Below are positions 61,695-64,000 of a stretch of DNA of 64,000 nt, piece by piece; positions within the stretch are counted from its first letter, which is position 1, and each line of letters opens with the position of its first letter. Under the pieces are notes generated by a model that was not told the origin of the DNA, did not search any database, and worked only from the letters and a program-made list of their open reading frames with translations. A program made the translations under genes and the position numbers. The stretch comes from Salpingoeca rosetta (lineage: Eukaryota; Protista; Choanoflagellata): the NCBI GenBank assembly GCA_033442325.1, contig JAWQFM010000005.1:365707-429706 (forward strand), written 5' to 3'.

Positions 61695-61916
61695 CTCCCC
61701 CGCATTGACCTACCTCTCTGCTGCGTTGATGTTCTGAAACGTGATGATGATGATGATGATGTCATGCATGTAGGAATGGCATGGGCAGAGGTAGGTGAGA
61801 TGTGAGTAAGGACGTGTGTTGTGGAACACGTTTAAGAAAATGGTTGGTGCCTGTGGTGCGCAGCCTGTTGTGGAAGGCTGGCCCGAGTGAAGGCGTGTCC
61901 TGTGGTGCGCGGCCGC

Positions 61917-63616
61917 TCAGAGGTCCTGACGCGGAGTCGAAGGACGTGGCGACCGGCCCGAATGAGGACGGGCCCGTGGCTGGCAACCTGGCAGAGGACG
62001 CTGGTCGAACAGCATCGTGCAGAACTGAGCCGTCTTGGGCCGAGGGAGGATCTTCGTGAGGAGATCTGCGATCATGTGCTCCGTGGCGAGGTAGCTCAGC
62101 ACAATCCTCTTGGTGTCGACGCACTCGCGGATGTAGTGGTACTTGACGAGGATGTGCCGCATGCGCGAGGCGGCGTGTTCGGCAACGCGCTGCGCCGGCT
62201 GGTTGTCCGTGTGGACGAGCGTGGGCTCGCACAGGACGGCGCCGGTGAGCTCCTCCTGGAGTTGGCGAAGGAACATGAGTTCCTGTGCGGTGGCTGCGAG
62301 AGCCATGTACTCCGCGTCGGCGGAGGCTGTGGCCACAGTGGCCTGCAGCTTGGAGTTCCAGGACACGGGGCCCGTGGAACAGAAGACGACGAAGCCCGTG
62401 CGGGAACGTCGCGTGTCAACGTCGGAGGCAAAGGACGCATCCGAGTACGCTGAGAGCACGCCGTCGGCAGTGCTGCCGTTGCTGGTGTCGCCAGTGGCGG
62501 CGTACTTGATGGTGTAGGACAAGGTGCCCTTGATGTAGCGAAGAAGGTGCTTGGCAGCCTTCCAGTGGTCCATGCTGAAGTGCTGCATGCGGCGAGACAG
62601 GATGGAGACAGCCGCTGAGATGTCTGGGCGCGTCATCGTCGCAGCATAGAGGAGGGAGCCAAGCAGCTCGCGGAACGGCACGTCCGGCAGTGGCTCCTCC
62701 TTGTCGGCCGGCTTGTCGACGTAGCCCGTGCAGAGCGGCGTGCCGACCGGCTTGCAGTCAGCCATGCCGAAGCTCTCCAGCACGTTGCACAGGTAGTGTT
62801 CCTGGCTCATGGTGACGGTCCTGGCCTTGCGGTCGTGCTGCACCTTGATGCCGAGACATATGTCTGGGCTGCCCAGGTCCTTCATCTTGAAGCGCTTGGA
62901 GATGGCCTTCTTGAACGCGGCCATGTCGCTGTCGCTGTCGGCGAAGATGAGCAGGTCGTCCACGTAGACGGCAACCCACATCATCTTGCCACCCTTGCAG
63001 GTGCGGCGGTAGATGCAGGCGTCCGTGGCTGTGGCGACGAAGTCCTGCTCGCGCATCCAGGCGTCCAGCGTGTGGTTCCACAGGCGCGGGCTCTGCTTCA
63101 GCCCATACAGCCCGCGCTTGAGGCGCAGGACTGTATTCGGCGAGAAGATGCCGTCGACGGCCGGTGGCTGGACGTAGATCTCGTGATCCACGGGCGCGTT
63201 GAGGAACGCCGTGTTGACGTCCATCTGCTGGATGTCCATGCCACGCGCGACGGCCATGGCGAGCATGGTGCGAATGGCTGCGATCGTATCCGTCGGGGCA
63301 AAGGTGTCCGTGTAGTTGTCACCGTGGACCTGGAGTAGCCTTTGGCAACCCAGCGCGCCTTGTACTTGATCACATAACCATGGTCATCACGCTGCGTCGA
63401 AAAGATGACCATAGTACGGAGCAGCTTGTGGCCCTTGGGAAGGTCAGCGCGAGGCACGACGTCGTAGACGTCATTGGCGTGCATTCCCGCACACTCGTCC
63501 AGGATGACTTGGCGCCACTCCTCAGAGTCTGGCGAGGCAAGCGCCTCCTTGACGGTGCATGGATCAGCTGACGTCGCAACATTGCCAACAGCGATGTCTG
63601 GTAGATGACCACCCAC
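61917..63616 (-). pseudogene. pol: copia pol (RT/RNase H) with a frameshift at about 63332 and a degenerate upstream region
   Basis: KGYS/QVHGDNYTDTFAP needs tactcccag but the sequence reads tactccag (one C missing). No open integrase-linker frame upstream of about 63616. Confidence 0.8.
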
Positions 63617-64000
63617 TGCTGATGTCTTTTCCCCCGTACCAGCAGCGCTGGTGGCACCGTGTCACGTGGTGGTTGAGCCACCAGAGGTGTCCTTGTCGCC
63701 GAGGGTCTCGGACACCAGCAGCTGGTCCCAGACGGAGCACACAAGGGCACGTGGCTGGAGCAACGTCTTCTTCTCATATGGTCCAGTAGGAGCGCCGGCA
63801 ACTTTGTCATCGGTTGAGTGGAGAGCGTTAATAGGAGCATTGAAGCAGAGGCACCGCAATTCAGTCGAGAAACAAAAAAGAGGAGACGCAGTCTTCCTTC
63901 ATGATGGCGCCGAAGCGAGCGGTGATGGCGTGACAGACAGAAGTGTCTGGGTCATCCAGGGTGGGCGGGCCTGGTACAGACTAGAAGAATCAGGGTGTTG

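Larger units (their letters stand above)
61299..64000 (-). mobile_element. Ty1/copia LTR retrotransposon, 3' part (RT-RNase H, PPT, 3' LTR); continues beyond the window
   Basis: RT motifs YKARWVAKG, QMDVNTAFLNA, LYGLKQSPRLW and VYVDDLL; RNase H motifs YSDASFA, AEYMAL, TDNQPA and IADLLTK. PPT GGGGGAG (61695-61701) is immediately followed by TGTTGA. Confidence 0.93.

Noticed and set aside
63996-64000. TGTTG at the window end as a possible 5' LTR boundary
   Set aside because: Only 5 nt, no primer-binding site follows on the minus strand, and gag/integrase would be missing; it cannot be judged within this window.

Overview
Eukaryotic, intron-rich, GC-rich genomic DNA with (CA/TG)n and trinucleotide microsatellites in almost every intron. 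Gene content (nPKC, Fos/ATF3-like bZIP, PLEKHH, HS2ST-like, radial spoke protein) and sequence style suggest a choanoflagellate such as Salpingoeca rosetta; this is an inference. Most short ORF-track entries are microsatellite artefacts. Splicing exons by eye gives 18 protein-coding genes, in order: partial hypothetical (+), ITPK1 (-), intronless GT31+GT25 glycosyltransferase fusion (+), RSPH1 (-), guanylate kinase (+), intronless TIR-linker-ARM protein (-), HMCES (+), GTF2H2 (-), PLEKHH-like PH-PH-MyTH4-FERM (+), nPKC (-), Fos/ATF3-like bZIP (+), CCDC86 (-), HS2ST/UST-like (+), KIF28/KLP-6-like kinesin-3 (-), IWS1 (+), type II membrane protein with about 40 22-aa repeats (-), intronless sulfotransferase (+) and MTMR6/7/8-like (-). 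These are followed by tRNA-Arg(UCG) (+) and a frameshifted Ty1/copia element (-). There are two assembly gaps. The main observations are: (1) a TIR domain with its candidate catalytic Glu intact fused to C-terminal ARM repeats, an inverted SARM1-like layout; (2) a large membrane-anchored solenoid with signs of recent repeat duplication; (3) perfect strand alternation of all 19 genes into head-to-head pairs, with a recurring ATTTTC motif between them; (4) two AP-1 sites between PKC and the Fos-like bZIP; (5) a copia insertion about 85 bp downstream of a tRNA gene; (6) three Golgi-type glycan-modifying enzymes. Exon coordinates were read by eye and may be off by a few bases.
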